Shown piece after piece: positions 1 through 8,549 of a DNA stretch of 64,000 bases. Where the stretch lies: positions 84,943 to 148,942 of the forward strand of contig JAAYUB010000017.1 of NCBI GenBank assembly GCA_012517875.1. Direction: 5' to 3'. Source of the DNA: Acidobacteriota bacterium (lineage in GTDB: Bacteria; Acidobacteriota; JAAYUB01). The notes under the pieces are model-generated. The model worked only from the letters and a program-made list of their open reading frames with translations. It had not been told where the DNA came from and searched no databases. The position numbers were made by a program, and so were the translations under genes. Every line of letters begins with the position of its first letter. The stretch's first letter is position 1.

Positions 1-2
1 TC

Positions 3-581
3 AAGGCGGTCCTCGACGCCGACACGGGCCTGCGCACCGGTCGGGTGCTTAGCCATGTGGCGGTGGTGGCGATGCCGGCGTACCCCCGCCTGATGCTGTG
101 GACCGACGGCGGCATCAACATCCGGCCCACCCTGGACGTGCGGCTGGACATGATCCGCAACGCCGCCGAGTTCGCCGGCAAACTCGGCGTGGCCGTTCCC
201 AACGTCGCCCTGCTCTCGGCGATGGAGAAGATCAATCCCAAGATGGAGGAGACTCTGGATTACGAGCGGATCCTGAAGCTGCACCAGGACACCCCCGTGG
301 CGCCGGCGACCATCGAGGGGCCCATTGCCATGGACGTGGCGCTGAGCGCCGAGTCGGCTCGCATCAAGGAGATCGACAGCCGCATCGCCGGCGTCGCCGA
401 CATCTTCGTGACGCCAGAGATCTCCGCCTGCAACATCGCCGTCAAGGCGCTGATCTACCTGGCCGGCGCCCAGGCCGCCGGCCTGGTGGTGGGCGCCCGC
501 GTGCCCATCGTGCTGCTGAGCCGCAGCGACGACGCCGGAACCAAGCTCCGCTCCATCGCGCTCGGGGCGATCTGGGGCTGA
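3..581 (+). CDS. ptb: phosphate butyryltransferase/phosphotransacetylase family protein, C-terminal part (5' end lies outside the window)
   Basis: The frame is open from nt 3 with no start codon in the window. The C-terminal Pta/Ptb-like sequence (…RVPIVLLSRSDDAGTKLRSIALGAI…) is followed 48 nt later by a butyrate kinase gene. TGA stop at 579-581. Confidence 0.8.
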   Translation, partial: KAVLDADTGLRTGRVLSHVAVVAMPAYPRLMLWTDGGINIRPTLDVRLDMIRNAAEFAGKLGVAVPNVALLSAMEKINPKMEETLDYERILKLHQDTPVAPATIEGPIAMDVALSAESARIKEIDSRIAGVADIFVTPEISACNIAVKALIYLAGAQAAGLVVGARVPIVLLSRSDDAGTKLRSIALGAIWG

Positions 582-629
582 CGCACGGCCACCGCGCGTA
601 CCCGATTATCCGAATCGAGAGGATCACCG

Positions 630-1694
630 ATGAAAATTCTGACCATCAATCCCGGTGGCGTATCCACCAAGGTCGCCCTCTATGAGGGGCGCACCCTGCT
701 CTGGACGGAAGACATCCAGCACGCCGAGGCGGAGCTGAAGGGTTTTACCTCCGTGCTCGGCCAGTTCGAGTTCCGGCTCGGCGTGGTCCGGGCCAAACTG
801 GCGGAGAAAGGCGTCGAACCGGGCCAGCTGGCGGCGTGCGTCGGCCGCGGCGGACTGTTCAAGCCGCTGCACGCCGGCACCTACCGCGTTGACGCCGCCA
901 TGCTTGATGACATTCGGCAAGGGCGCACGAAGGCCGATCATCCGTCGAACCTGGGCGCGCTGCTGGCCGAGGCGATCGCCTCGCCGTCGGGGATTCCGGC
1001 GTTCATCGTCGATCCCGTGTCGGTGGACGAGTTCGACCACGAAGCGCGGCTGACGGGTCTGCCCGGTCTGGAACGGCGCTCCCTCGTCCATGCCCTGAAC
1101 GTGCGCGCCACCGCCTTTAAGGCCGCCGAGAAGCTGGGCCGCCGGCTGGCTGATCTGAACCTCGTGGTCGCCCATCTCGGCTCGGGCTTCAGCATCTGCC
1201 CCATCCGCGCCGGGCGGATCATCGACGTGAACAATGCCAACGACGGTGGTCCGTTCTCGCCACAGCGCACCGGCACGCTGCCGGTGACTCAACTGGTGGA
1301 GCTGGCCTACTCCGGCAAGTACCCCACGGCCAAGGCTCTGAACGACGCCCTGACCAAGAAGAGCGGCCTGCTGGCCCACCTGGGCACCCATGACCTGCGC
1401 GAAGTGGAGCGCCGGATCGACGCCGGCGACGCAACCGCCGAGCGGGTGCTGAGAGCCATGACTTATCAAATCGTGAAGGAAGTGGGCGCCATGAGCGCGG
1501 CGCTGGACGGCCACGTGGATGCCATTCTGGTCACCGGCGGCCTGGCTCATTCCAAGCGCCTGTCGGGCGAGCTGCAGCGGCGCCTGGAATGGATCGCCCC
1601 GGTGGAGGTGTTCGCCGGCGAGAACGAACTGGAATCGCTGGCCATGGGCGCCTGGCGGGTGTTGAGCGGTCAGGAGCAGCCGTCCGTTTACTAA
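630..1694 (+). CDS. buk: butyrate kinase (acetate/butyrate kinase family)
   Basis: 354 aa. The N-terminus MKILTINPGGVSTKVALYEG is typical of Buk. ATG at 630 is preceded by GAGAGGA. TAA stop. The upstream ptb gives classic ptb-buk synteny. Confidence 0.9.
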   Translation: MKILTINPGGVSTKVALYEGRTLLWTEDIQHAEAELKGFTSVLGQFEFRLGVVRAKLAEKGVEPGQLAACVGRGGLFKPLHAGTYRVDAAMLDDIRQGRTKADHPSNLGALLAEAIASPSGIPAFIVDPVSVDEFDHEARLTGLPGLERRSLVHALNVRATAFKAAEKLGRRLADLNLVVAHLGSGFSICPIRAGRIIDVNNANDGGPFSPQRTGTLPVTQLVELAYSGKYPTAKALNDALTKKSGLLAHLGTHDLREVERRIDAGDATAERVLRAMTYQIVKEVGAMSAALDGHVDAILVTGGLAHSKRLSGELQRRLEWIAPVEVFAGENELESLAMGAWRVLSGQEQPSVY

Positions 1695-1718
1695 AGCCTC
1701 AGTCCGCCGAAACAGCAA

Positions 1719-1753
1719 CCGGCCGGAGCGTGGCTCCGGCCGGTTTGGTTTTT
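1719..1753. terminator. intrinsic terminator between convergent buk and dnaK
   Basis: An 11-bp GC stem (ccggccggagc / gctccggccgg) with a 3-nt loop is followed by TTTGGTTTTT on the + strand. It sits in the 93-nt gap between the buk stop and the dnaK stop. Confidence 0.6.
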
Positions 1754-1787
1754 GCGGATCGCTAATCCGCGGTGCCGCTGCGGCTGG

Positions 1788-3740
1788 TCAGTTGATTTCC
1801 GAATACTCGGCATCGACCACATCATCGCGGCCGTTCTTGCCGTCGGTAGGGCCCGCCTGCGGCCCGGCCGACGGACCCCCGCCGGGACCGGCTCCGGGGC
1901 CAGCGCCGGAGCCGGGACTGCCCGCGGGTCCCGCGCCCGCCGAGGCCTGTTGATAGAGTTGCGTGGCGATTTGCTGCGTCAGGCTGTTGAGCCGGTCGCG
2001 CAGCGGCTCCAGACCCGCCGGATCCTGGCTACCCAGTTTGTCGCGGGACTCCTTCACCAGCTCCTGAGCCTGGCTGACCAGGGTGCCGTCGATCTTGGCG
2101 CTGTTTTCCCGGACCAGCTTGTCGAGGCTGTAGGTCAGACTGTCCACCTGGTTGCGGAGTTCGGCCTGCTCCCGGCGGCGCTTGTCGTCCGCCTCGAAAG
2201 ACTGGGCGTTGCGGACCATCTGCTCGATCTCATCCTTGGCCAGCCCACTGGACGAGGTGATGGTGATCTTCTGCTCCTTGCCCGTGGCTTTGTCACGGGC
2301 GGATACGTTGAGGATCCCGTTGGCGTCGATATCAAACGTGACCTCGATCTGGGGGATGCCGCGGGGCGCCGGCGGGATGCCCACCAGGTGGAACTTGCCC
2401 AGGCTCTTGTTGTCCGTAGCCATGGCCCGCTCGCCTTGCAGGATGTGGATCTCCACCGAATCCTGACCGTCAGCGGCGGTGGTGAAGATCTCGGATTTCC
2501 GGGTGGGGATGGTGGTGTTGCGCTCGATCAGCCGGGTGAACACGCTGCCCAAAGTCTCGATGCCCAGCGACAGCGGGGTCACGTCGAGCAGGAGCACGTC
2601 CTTGACTTCGCCGCCCAGCACGCCGCCCTGGATGGCCGCGCCCACCGCGACGACCTCGTCGGGATTGACGCCCTTGCACGGTTCCTTGCCGAAGAACTCC
2701 TGGACCATCTGCTGCACCTTGGGGATCCGGATGGATCCGCCCACCAACACCACTTCGTGAATGTCGGACGGCTTCATCCCGGCGTCGGCCAGCGCCTGAC
2801 GGCAGGGGGCCAGGGTGCGCTCCAGAATGTCGGCGATCATCTGCTCCAGCTTCGAGCGGCTCAGCTTCAGGTTGAGGTGCTTGGGGCCCGCCGCGTCGGC
2901 GGTGATGAACGGCAGGTTGATGTCCGTCTCCTGCATCGAGGAGAGTTCGATCTTCGCTTTCTCGGCGGCCTCCTTAAGCCGCTGCAGCGCCATCTTGTCA
3001 CTGGACAGGTCGATGCCCTGGTCGCGCTTGAACTCGGTGATGAGCCACTCCATGATCCGCTGGTCGATGTTGTCCCCGCCCAGATGGGTGTCGCCGTTGG
3101 TCGACTTGACCTCGACCACGCCCTCGCCCACCTCGAGAATGCTGATGTCGAACGTGCCGCCACCGAAGTCGAAGACAGCGATGGTCTGGTCCTTCTTCTT
3201 GTCGAGTCCATAAGCCAGGGCGGCGGCCGTCGGCTCATTGATGATCCGGCGGACGTTGAGTCCCGCGATCTGGCCGGCCTCCTTGGTGGCCTGACGCTGA
3301 GAATCGTTGAAGTACGCCGGCACGGTGATCACCGCGTCGGTTATTTTTTCACCCAAATAATCCTCCGCGGCCTGGCGCAGCTTCTGCAGGATCATGGCGG
3401 AGATCTCCGGCGGCGAGTACAACTTGCCGTTGATGTCCACCCGGGCATCGCCGTTCTGACCCGCCGTCACCGCGTACGGCACCAGCTTGGTCTCTTGGCC
3501 CACCTCGCTGAATTTGCGGCCCATGAACCGCTTGATGGAAAAGACCGTGTTAGCCGGATTGGTGATGGCCTGGCGCTTGGCGATCTGCCCTACCAGGCGT
3601 TCATTGTCCTTGGTGAATGCGATGACCGAGGGCGTCAGGCGGCTGCCTTCCGAGTTTTGAATGACCACGGGATTGCCGCCTTCCATCACGCTGACCACCG
3701 AATTGGTTGTGCCTAAATCTATGCCGATGATTTTTCCCAT
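1788..3740 (-). CDS. dnaK: molecular chaperone DnaK (Hsp70)
   Basis: 650 aa. [16 protein letters not shown]… and a full Hsp70 signature including the DLGGGTFD motif. ATG at 3740, TGA stop. Monocistronic, with no grpE or dnaJ adjacent. Confidence 0.97.
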   Translation of the reverse strand: MGKIIGIDLGTTNSVVSVMEGGNPVVIQNSEGSRLTPSVIAFTKDNERLVGQIAKRQAITNPANTVFSIKRFMGRKFSEVGQETKLVPYAVTAGQNGDARVDINGKLYSPPEISAMILQKLRQAAEDYLGEKITDAVITVPAYFNDSQRQATKEAGQIAGLNVRRIINEPTAAALAYGLDKKKDQTIAVFDFGGGTFDISILEVGEGVVEVKSTNGDTHLGGDNIDQRIMEWLITEFKRDQGIDLSSDKMALQRLKEAAEKAKIELSSMQETDINLPFITADAAGPKHLNLKLSRSKLEQMIADILERTLAPCRQALADAGMKPSDIHEVVLVGGSIRIPKVQQMVQEFFGKEPCKGVNPDEVVAVGAAIQGGVLGGEVKDVLLLDVTPLSLGIETLGSVFTRLIERNTTIPTRKSEIFTTAADGQDSVEIHILQGERAMATDNKSLGKFHLVGIPPAPRGIPQIEVTFDIDANGILNVSARDKATGKEQKITITSSSGLAKDEIEQMVRNAQSFEADDKRRREQAELRNQVDSLTYSLDKLVRENSAKIDGTLVSQAQELVKESRDKLGSQDPAGLEPLRDRLNSLTQQIATQLYQQASAGAGPAGSPGSGAGPGAGPGGGPSAGPQAGPTDGKNGRDDVVDAEYSEIN

Positions 3741-3899
3741 GTCGACTTCTCTCCCTCATCAAAATGTCAGGTTCCTTTGTGCAAATAACCTGCCAAACCG
3801 GTACTTAGCCGAACTGTATTTTTTACAACAGGTTACCGCTTGGCCCCACAGGCCGTTCTAGGACAAAATGTCTCAAGTGGAGAATTTTTCACCGGTCGC

Positions 3900-3928
3900 T
3901 TCTCATTCTATGGCAGATCCTCTATAAT
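3900..3928 (+). promoter_or_regulatory. candidate sigma70-type promoter for the 3963 gene
   Basis: TTCTCA (3900-3905), a 17-nt spacer, then TATAAT (3923-3928), ~35 nt upstream of ATG 3963. It lies in a locally AT-richer divergent intergenic region shared with dnaK. Confidence 0.25.
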
Positions 3929-3962
3929 CGGAAGCGTCAATCCGTGACGGAAAGCGGTTGCC

Positions 3963-4709
3963 ATGTCCGATCAATACGATCCCTCGAATCTCGTGAATCT
4001 TCTGCGGACCCTTCAGGCGGAAGAGACCAGCCTGATCTTCCAGCTCGTGGCGGACCGCCTGGCCCACGACACCGGCAGCATCCTGCACGCGCTCGCCGGT
4101 ACCGCCAGCCTGCTGGAGGAGAATCCGGCGGGAGACCAGCGATTGCTGGTCGTGGGTGTGCGTCGGGAAAGCCAGCGGCTGGAGCGCGCCATCGTGCGGC
4201 TGTTGGAATTTCTGCGCGGCCTCGATGCGGCACCGACGCGTTTTCGCCCTGCCGATGTGCTGGCATCGCTGGTGCAGGCAACGCAGCCTTATCTGCACGC
4301 GCAGGGTGTGCAACTGACTCTGGGCCGGCTCGGTCGGCGGGCGGTTCTCGTGGGACGCCCCGAGCTGTTCATGGAACTGGTCTGGAAGTTCGTGTCGGAG
4401 TGCACCGCCTGGGCCGACTCCACCGACGCGCGGCCCCGGCCGGAGGTCCGGATATGCTGGACCGACACCGCCGGCGGCGGCCACCTCCGGTTTCACACCC
4501 GCAAGGTGCGGATCCCCGACGAATTCCGGATGCTGATCGCCAAGTCACCGCGCTGTCGCGACATCCTGCTGCAATCGTTTCCAACACCGTGGCTGATCAT
4601 GGCCGCCCTGATTGACCGGTTCCAAGGCCGCCTGCGCCTGCTGCGCCGGCCGCCGGCCGATTGGACCGTGACCCTGATCTTCAAAGGAGCTCCGCCGCAC
4701 GATGAGTAA
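3963..4709 (+). CDS. hypothetical protein with degenerate histidine-kinase-like features (H-box-like LAHDTGSILHALAGTASLLEE; DTAGGG G-box-like)
   Basis: 248 aa with no TM segment and no sensor domain. Its stop overlaps the start of the downstream NtrC-type regulator (ATGAGTAA), suggesting translational coupling. Confidence 0.6.
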   Translation: MSDQYDPSNLVNLLRTLQAEETSLIFQLVADRLAHDTGSILHALAGTASLLEENPAGDQRLLVVGVRRESQRLERAIVRLLEFLRGLDAAPTRFRPADVLASLVQATQPYLHAQGVQLTLGRLGRRAVLVGRPELFMELVWKFVSECTAWADSTDARPRPEVRICWTDTAGGGHLRFHTRKVRIPDEFRMLIAKSPRCRDILLQSFPTPWLIMAALIDRFQGRLRLLRRPPADWTVTLIFKGAPPHDE

Positions 4710-6099
4710 CACGTTCGCCATCCTGGTGGTTGATGATGATGAGGCCTCCCGCGTCATGATGATCGAGGCCTTGCGTCGCTCCGGCTACCAGCTCCGCGGC
4801 GCCGACAGTGCCGAAGCGGCGCTGGCCCTGCTGGCGCGCGCTCCGGTGGACCTGGTCGTCACCGACGTGCGCATGGGCGGCATGAGCGGGATCGAACTGG
4901 TCCGGAAGATCACCGAACGCTATCCGGAAATCCTCGTGATCGTCGTGACCGCCTTCGGCAACAGCGCCGTCACCATCGATGCCATCCGCTCCGGGGCGTT
5001 TGATTTCATCTCCAAGCCGTTTCACCCTGACCGGCTGCGGCAGGTGGTCGCCAATGCCGTCGAGAAGCGGGGGCTTCTCCGCGAGGCGGAAACCCTGGAA
5101 CCGGTGGATACACTCAAGAGCCACGCCAACCAACTCATCGGACAATCCGGCCGCATGATCGATGTATTCAAGCTCATCGGCCGCGTGGCCAACACCGAGA
5201 GCACCGTCCTGATCTGCGGCGAGAGCGGCACCGGCAAGGAGCTCGTCGCCCGGGCCATCCATGAAAACTCCTTCCGCCGCGAAAAACCCTTTCTGGCTAT
5301 CAACTGCGGCGCGCTGCCCGAAACGCTGCTGGAGAGCGAGCTGTTCGGCTATGAGCGCGGCGCGTTCACCGGCGCCGACAAGACACACATCGGCATCTTC
5401 GAGGCGGTCCACGGCGGGACCTGCCTGCTGGACGAGATCGGGGAGATGCCTCTGGCCGTCCAGCCCAAACTGCTGCGGGTCCTGCAGGACGGCGAGATCC
5501 GACGGGTGGGTTCGACCCGCGAAATCCAGGTGGACGTCCGGATCCTGGCCGCCACCAACCGCCAGTTGGACACGCTGGCGGCCAAGGGCCTGTTCCGCGA
5601 GGATCTGTTTTACCGGCTCAACGTCGTCCGGCTCGAGCTGCCGCCCCTGCGCGATCGCAGCGGCGACATTCCGCTGCTGACGGACCATTTTCTGAACCGC
5701 TACATGATCCGCAACCGCCGCAAAGGGCTCTCGTTCAGCCACGACGCCCGGCAGGCACTGGAGACGTATCACTGGCCCGGCAACGTGCGCGAGCTGGAGA
5801 ACGTCGTCGAGTCGGCGGCGACGCTCTCACCCACCAGTGTCATCGGACCGGACAGCCTGCCGCTTAAGGTCCGGACGGCCGGCTTTGAAGACTCTTTCAT
5901 CGAACGGCAGGTCCCGGCCGCCGCATCCGGCCAGATCATCCCGCTGGCCGAAGTGGAGCGGCTTTACATCCTGCGGGTGCTCCGCCAGGTCAACGGCAAC
6001 AAGTCCATGGCGGCGAGGTTGCTGGGGCTCGACCGGAAGACGCTCCGACTCAAATTGAAGCAGTATGGCTACGACGGGAGCGAGGATGAGAAAGAGTAG
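4702..6099 (+). CDS. sigma54-dependent response regulator, NtrC family (REC + AAA+ sigma54 activator + Fis-type HTH)
   Basis: 465 aa. REC domain (ILVVDDDE…DLVVTDVRM). Walker A GESGTGKE, GAFTGA motif, and a C-terminal HTH (NGNKSMAARLLGLDRKTLRLKLK). TAG stop at 6097-6099. Confidence 0.95.
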   Translation: MSNTFAILVVDDDEASRVMMIEALRRSGYQLRGADSAEAALALLARAPVDLVVTDVRMGGMSGIELVRKITERYPEILVIVVTAFGNSAVTIDAIRSGAFDFISKPFHPDRLRQVVANAVEKRGLLREAETLEPVDTLKSHANQLIGQSGRMIDVFKLIGRVANTESTVLICGESGTGKELVARAIHENSFRREKPFLAINCGALPETLLESELFGYERGAFTGADKTHIGIFEAVHGGTCLLDEIGEMPLAVQPKLLRVLQDGEIRRVGSTREIQVDVRILAATNRQLDTLAAKGLFREDLFYRLNVVRLELPPLRDRSGDIPLLTDHFLNRYMIRNRRKGLSFSHDARQALETYHWPGNVRELENVVESAATLSPTSVIGPDSLPLKVRTAGFEDSFIERQVPAAASGQIIPLAEVERLYILRVLRQVNGNKSMAARLLGLDRKTLRLKLKQYGYDGSEDEKE

Positions 6100-7028
6100 A
6101 ACCGGTCGGCCAGGTCGAGCAGGAGTTCGTGATCGCGCAAACCGGCCACCAGGTTCTCGGGGATCCGTTCAAAGGTGTTGAAGGCACCGGACAAGGCGCC
6201 AGCCAGAAATCCGGTTGTGTCTGCATTGTCTCCGGCGTAGATCACGCTGGACACGGTCATGAGAAAGTCATCCGGATACTTCAGAAACGCGAACAGCGCC
6301 GCAAACAGTGTCTCCAGCACGCTGTAGCCGGTGCCCAGTTCCTCCAGCCCCTCCTCGATGCCGGTGTCCAGCAGCGACAGCACCCACAGGAGCATGTCCC
6401 GGAACGCGGGGTGGTGGCCGGCGATGCAGTCCGCCGTGGCCCGGACGGCACCGAGGAGCTCCCGGCTGTCGCGGCACAGGCAGATGTTTTTGAGCAGCAA
6501 TCCGAAGCAGGCGCAGCCCGCCAACACCTTCGGTTCCACCAGGATGCCCCGGGCCAGGGCGGTGCTGTGGTGCACGATGGCGTCGTTGTCGGCGAAGTGG
6601 CGGATGACCAGCGGCGGCACGAATGCCAACGGCTTGCTCCCGTCGCGGTATCCGCCGGCTTCGAACCAGGGTCGGCCCCGCTGCAGCTGGCGGCACGCGG
6701 CCAGGATCGATCGCCCGGGAGTGATCCAGCTGTCCGTTTCGTACAACTGGAGCATGCCGGCCGCCACGCTGTCCACGTCCACGTCGCCGCACTCGAGCAG
6801 CGACTCCGCGGTCAGGATCAGGAGTTGGGTTTCATCGGTGTAGTGCCCCCGGCCCAGGGCGGCGTTGACATGCCCCTCCGGCGCGACGAGGTACGCTTCC
6901 GGGCGCTTTGGGAACAGCTCCCGCACGACCTGCGGATGCAGGAACTGGAACGGCATCCCCATGGCGTCGCCGATGGCGGCGCCAAGAAAGACCCCGCGCA
7001 CGTGGTCCTGGCTAGGCGCGTCGTTCAT
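6069..7028 (-). CDS. ADP-ribosylglycohydrolase family protein (DraG/ARH-like)
   Basis: 319 aa. The N-terminal GVFLGAAIGDAMGMPFQF matches the ARH family. ATG at 7028 is preceded by AAGGAG. TAG stop. Its 3' end overlaps the ntrC-like 3' end convergently by 31 nt. Confidence 0.85.
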   Translation of the reverse strand: MNDAPSQDHVRGVFLGAAIGDAMGMPFQFLHPQVVRELFPKRPEAYLVAPEGHVNAALGRGHYTDETQLLILTAESLLECGDVDVDSVAAGMLQLYETDSWITPGRSILAACRQLQRGRPWFEAGGYRDGSKPLAFVPPLVIRHFADNDAIVHHSTALARGILVEPKVLAGCACFGLLLKNICLCRDSRELLGAVRATADCIAGHHPAFRDMLLWVLSLLDTGIEEGLEELGTGYSVLETLFAALFAFLKYPDDFLMTVSSVIYAGDNADTTGFLAGALSGAFNTFERIPENLVAGLRDHELLLDLADRFYSFSSSLPS

Positions 7029-7336
7029 GGGGACTCCTTGGGCGGCGTCACCTGGTAGATGGTCTCACCCGGTTTCGCGTACATCATTTTCCGTCGGATC
7101 TCGTCTTCGACCGTTGCGGGATCTTTCTGCAGCTTGTCCACCCGTTCTTTCAGCTGCTGGTTCTCCCGCTTCAGCCGGTCAACATCCTGCTGGAGCGCCT
7201 CAAAGCGGGCCTCTTTTTCGCGCAAACTCAGCCATCCCCGCCGCCCGAACAGCGACGCCACAATGAAGCCGAGGCAACACAGAATGATGGCGATGTACAG
7301 CAACTCGCGGATGACGGCGCGCTTCTTGACGGGCAT
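7025..7336 (-). CDS. ftsB: septum formation initiator FtsB/DivIC family protein
   Basis: 104 aa from ATG 7336 (MPVKKRAVIRELLYIAIILCCLGFIVASLF): one TM segment, a coiled coil, and a C-terminal …YAKPGETIYQV FtsB signature. An alternative ATG at 7372 (MIIAKGSAGVRA…) is possible. The stop overlaps the ARH start (ATGA). Confidence 0.8.
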   Translation of the reverse strand: MPVKKRAVIRELLYIAIILCCLGFIVASLFGRRGWLSLREKEARFEALQQDVDRLKRENQQLKERVDKLQKDPATVEDEIRRKMMYAKPGETIYQVTPPKESP

Positions 7337-7441
7337 GGCTCTTACACCCGCGGATCCCTTTGCTATAATCATACTGCGTCGACCCGCGGTTTGCAAGCCT
7401 GGGCGGCAACCGACGGGCCGGCTATTAGCGCGAGGAAGCCC

Positions 7442-7792
7442 ATGACCGATGCCTGTGTGGTGCTCTGCACCGCCCCGGATCCCGCCGTCGCGGAAACCAT
7501 CGCCGACCGTCTGGTGGCGGACCGGCTGGCCGCTTGCATCAACGTGCTGCCCGGAGTGGTTTCGATCTACACCTGGCAGGGTGCGCGGTGTCGCGACATC
7601 GAATGCCTGCTGGTTATCAAGACAACAGCCGCCGCCTATCCGGCGCTCGAGCGAACAATCCGGCAGATCCATCCGTACGAGGTGCCGGAGATCCTGCGGT
7701 TACACGTGGATGATGGCTGGGGCGCCTACCTGGATTGGATCAGCCGGTCGGTGGCGGTGCCGGTTGCTGGTACGGAATCTCCATCCGGATGA
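7442..7792 (+). CDS. cutA: divalent-cation tolerance protein CutA
   Basis: 116 aa from ATG 7442 (RBS AGGAAG). …CVVLCTAPD…INVLPGVVSIYTWQG…YEVPEILRLHVDDG matches CutA1. An extended -10 (TGCTATAAT, 7361-7369) lies upstream. Confidence 0.85.
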   Translation: MTDACVVLCTAPDPAVAETIADRLVADRLAACINVLPGVVSIYTWQGARCRDIECLLVIKTTAAAYPALERTIRQIHPYEVPEILRLHVDDGWGAYLDWISRSVAVPVAGTESPSG

Positions 7793-8492
7793 TCCGGCGG
7801 TCCCGCTCGTCGTGAGGACGCACGCACCCGCCATGGGCCGCCGCGATGGCATGTAGCGCCCGGGCGGCAAATTCACGGCGCGGATCCACCAGCCGGGATG
7901 CGTCCAGCGGCGGCAACGCCTCCGAGGTGCCCAACCCCGACCCCTTGACCGCCGAGTCGGAAAATACGACAACCGCGCACGAGCCCGCACTGGCCAGTTC
8001 GATCCGGATTTCCCCGCCGCTTCCCTCCGCCAGCAATCGATCCCGGGCATCGAGCACGAACGTGAGCACAGCCAGAGTCAGCAGGACGGGATGGCCGGAC
8101 ACCACGTGCTCGACTTCTCCCGTCACGTGCAGCCGGATGCTGCGCTTGCTCAGATGATGGTCCAGCACCTTGTACACTTGCACGGCGCTTTGCTTGAGAT
8201 CCATGGGCTCGAACACATCCAGATCGGTCCGGGTCAGGCTGTGGATGTTCTGGACCAGTTGATGCAACCGGCTCGTCACGTCGTTGAAATTGTGGGCGGC
8301 CTTCAGCAGGATGTCCTCACGTTGGATCGCCAGGGCCATCTGCGCATAACCGCTCAAGGAGGTCAGCGCATTGTTGAATTCGTGGATCAGCATCTGGGTG
8401 AGCTGGCTGAGGCAGAGCTGGTGGTACAGTCTGAGGAGCGGCGAACCGGAAAAATAGTCGATCGGGACTGCCTCGATGCGTTGAGTGTGCAT
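7740..8492 (-). CDS. cytoplasmic sensor histidine kinase (HisKA + HATPase_c, no sensor domain)
   Basis: 250 aa. H-box IHEFNNALTSLSGYAQMA. Its 3' end overlaps the cutA 3' end convergently by 53 nt. Confidence 0.75.
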   Translation of the reverse strand: MHTQRIEAVPIDYFSGSPLLRLYHQLCLSQLTQMLIHEFNNALTSLSGYAQMALAIQREDILLKAAHNFNDVTSRLHQLVQNIHSLTRTDLDVFEPMDLKQSAVQVYKVLDHHLSKRSIRLHVTGEVEHVVSGHPVLLTLAVLTFVLDARDRLLAEGSGGEIRIELASAGSCAVVVFSDSAVKGSGLGTSEALPPLDASRLVDPRREFAARALHAIAAAHGGCVRPHDERDRRIIRMEIPYQQPAPPPTG

Positions 8493-8549
8493 GCGCTGAC
8501 CGCGGCTTCGATATCGGACTCGGCATAATCAGTATATAATACAAGACAG

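Noticed and set aside
1752-3716. Long ORFs antisense to real genes: 1752-3716(+) opposite dnaK, 624-1718(-) opposite buk, 32347-34416(+) opposite gatE, 27392-29401(+) opposite the HK, 10134-11600(-), 56536-59502(-), 49061-49825(-), 45005-46579(+ alternate frame of dctQM).
   Set aside because: These are typical high-GC shadow ORFs with Arg/Gly/Pro/Ala-rich low-complexity translations, no motifs, and complete overlap by genes with strong family signatures.
3741-3962. CIRCE (HrcA) element or sigma32 heat-shock promoter upstream of dnaK.
   Set aside because: No TTAGCACTC-N9-GAGTGCTAA inverted repeat and no convincing CTTGAAA/CCCCAT pair found on the dnaK strand. Only a generic AT-richer region is present.
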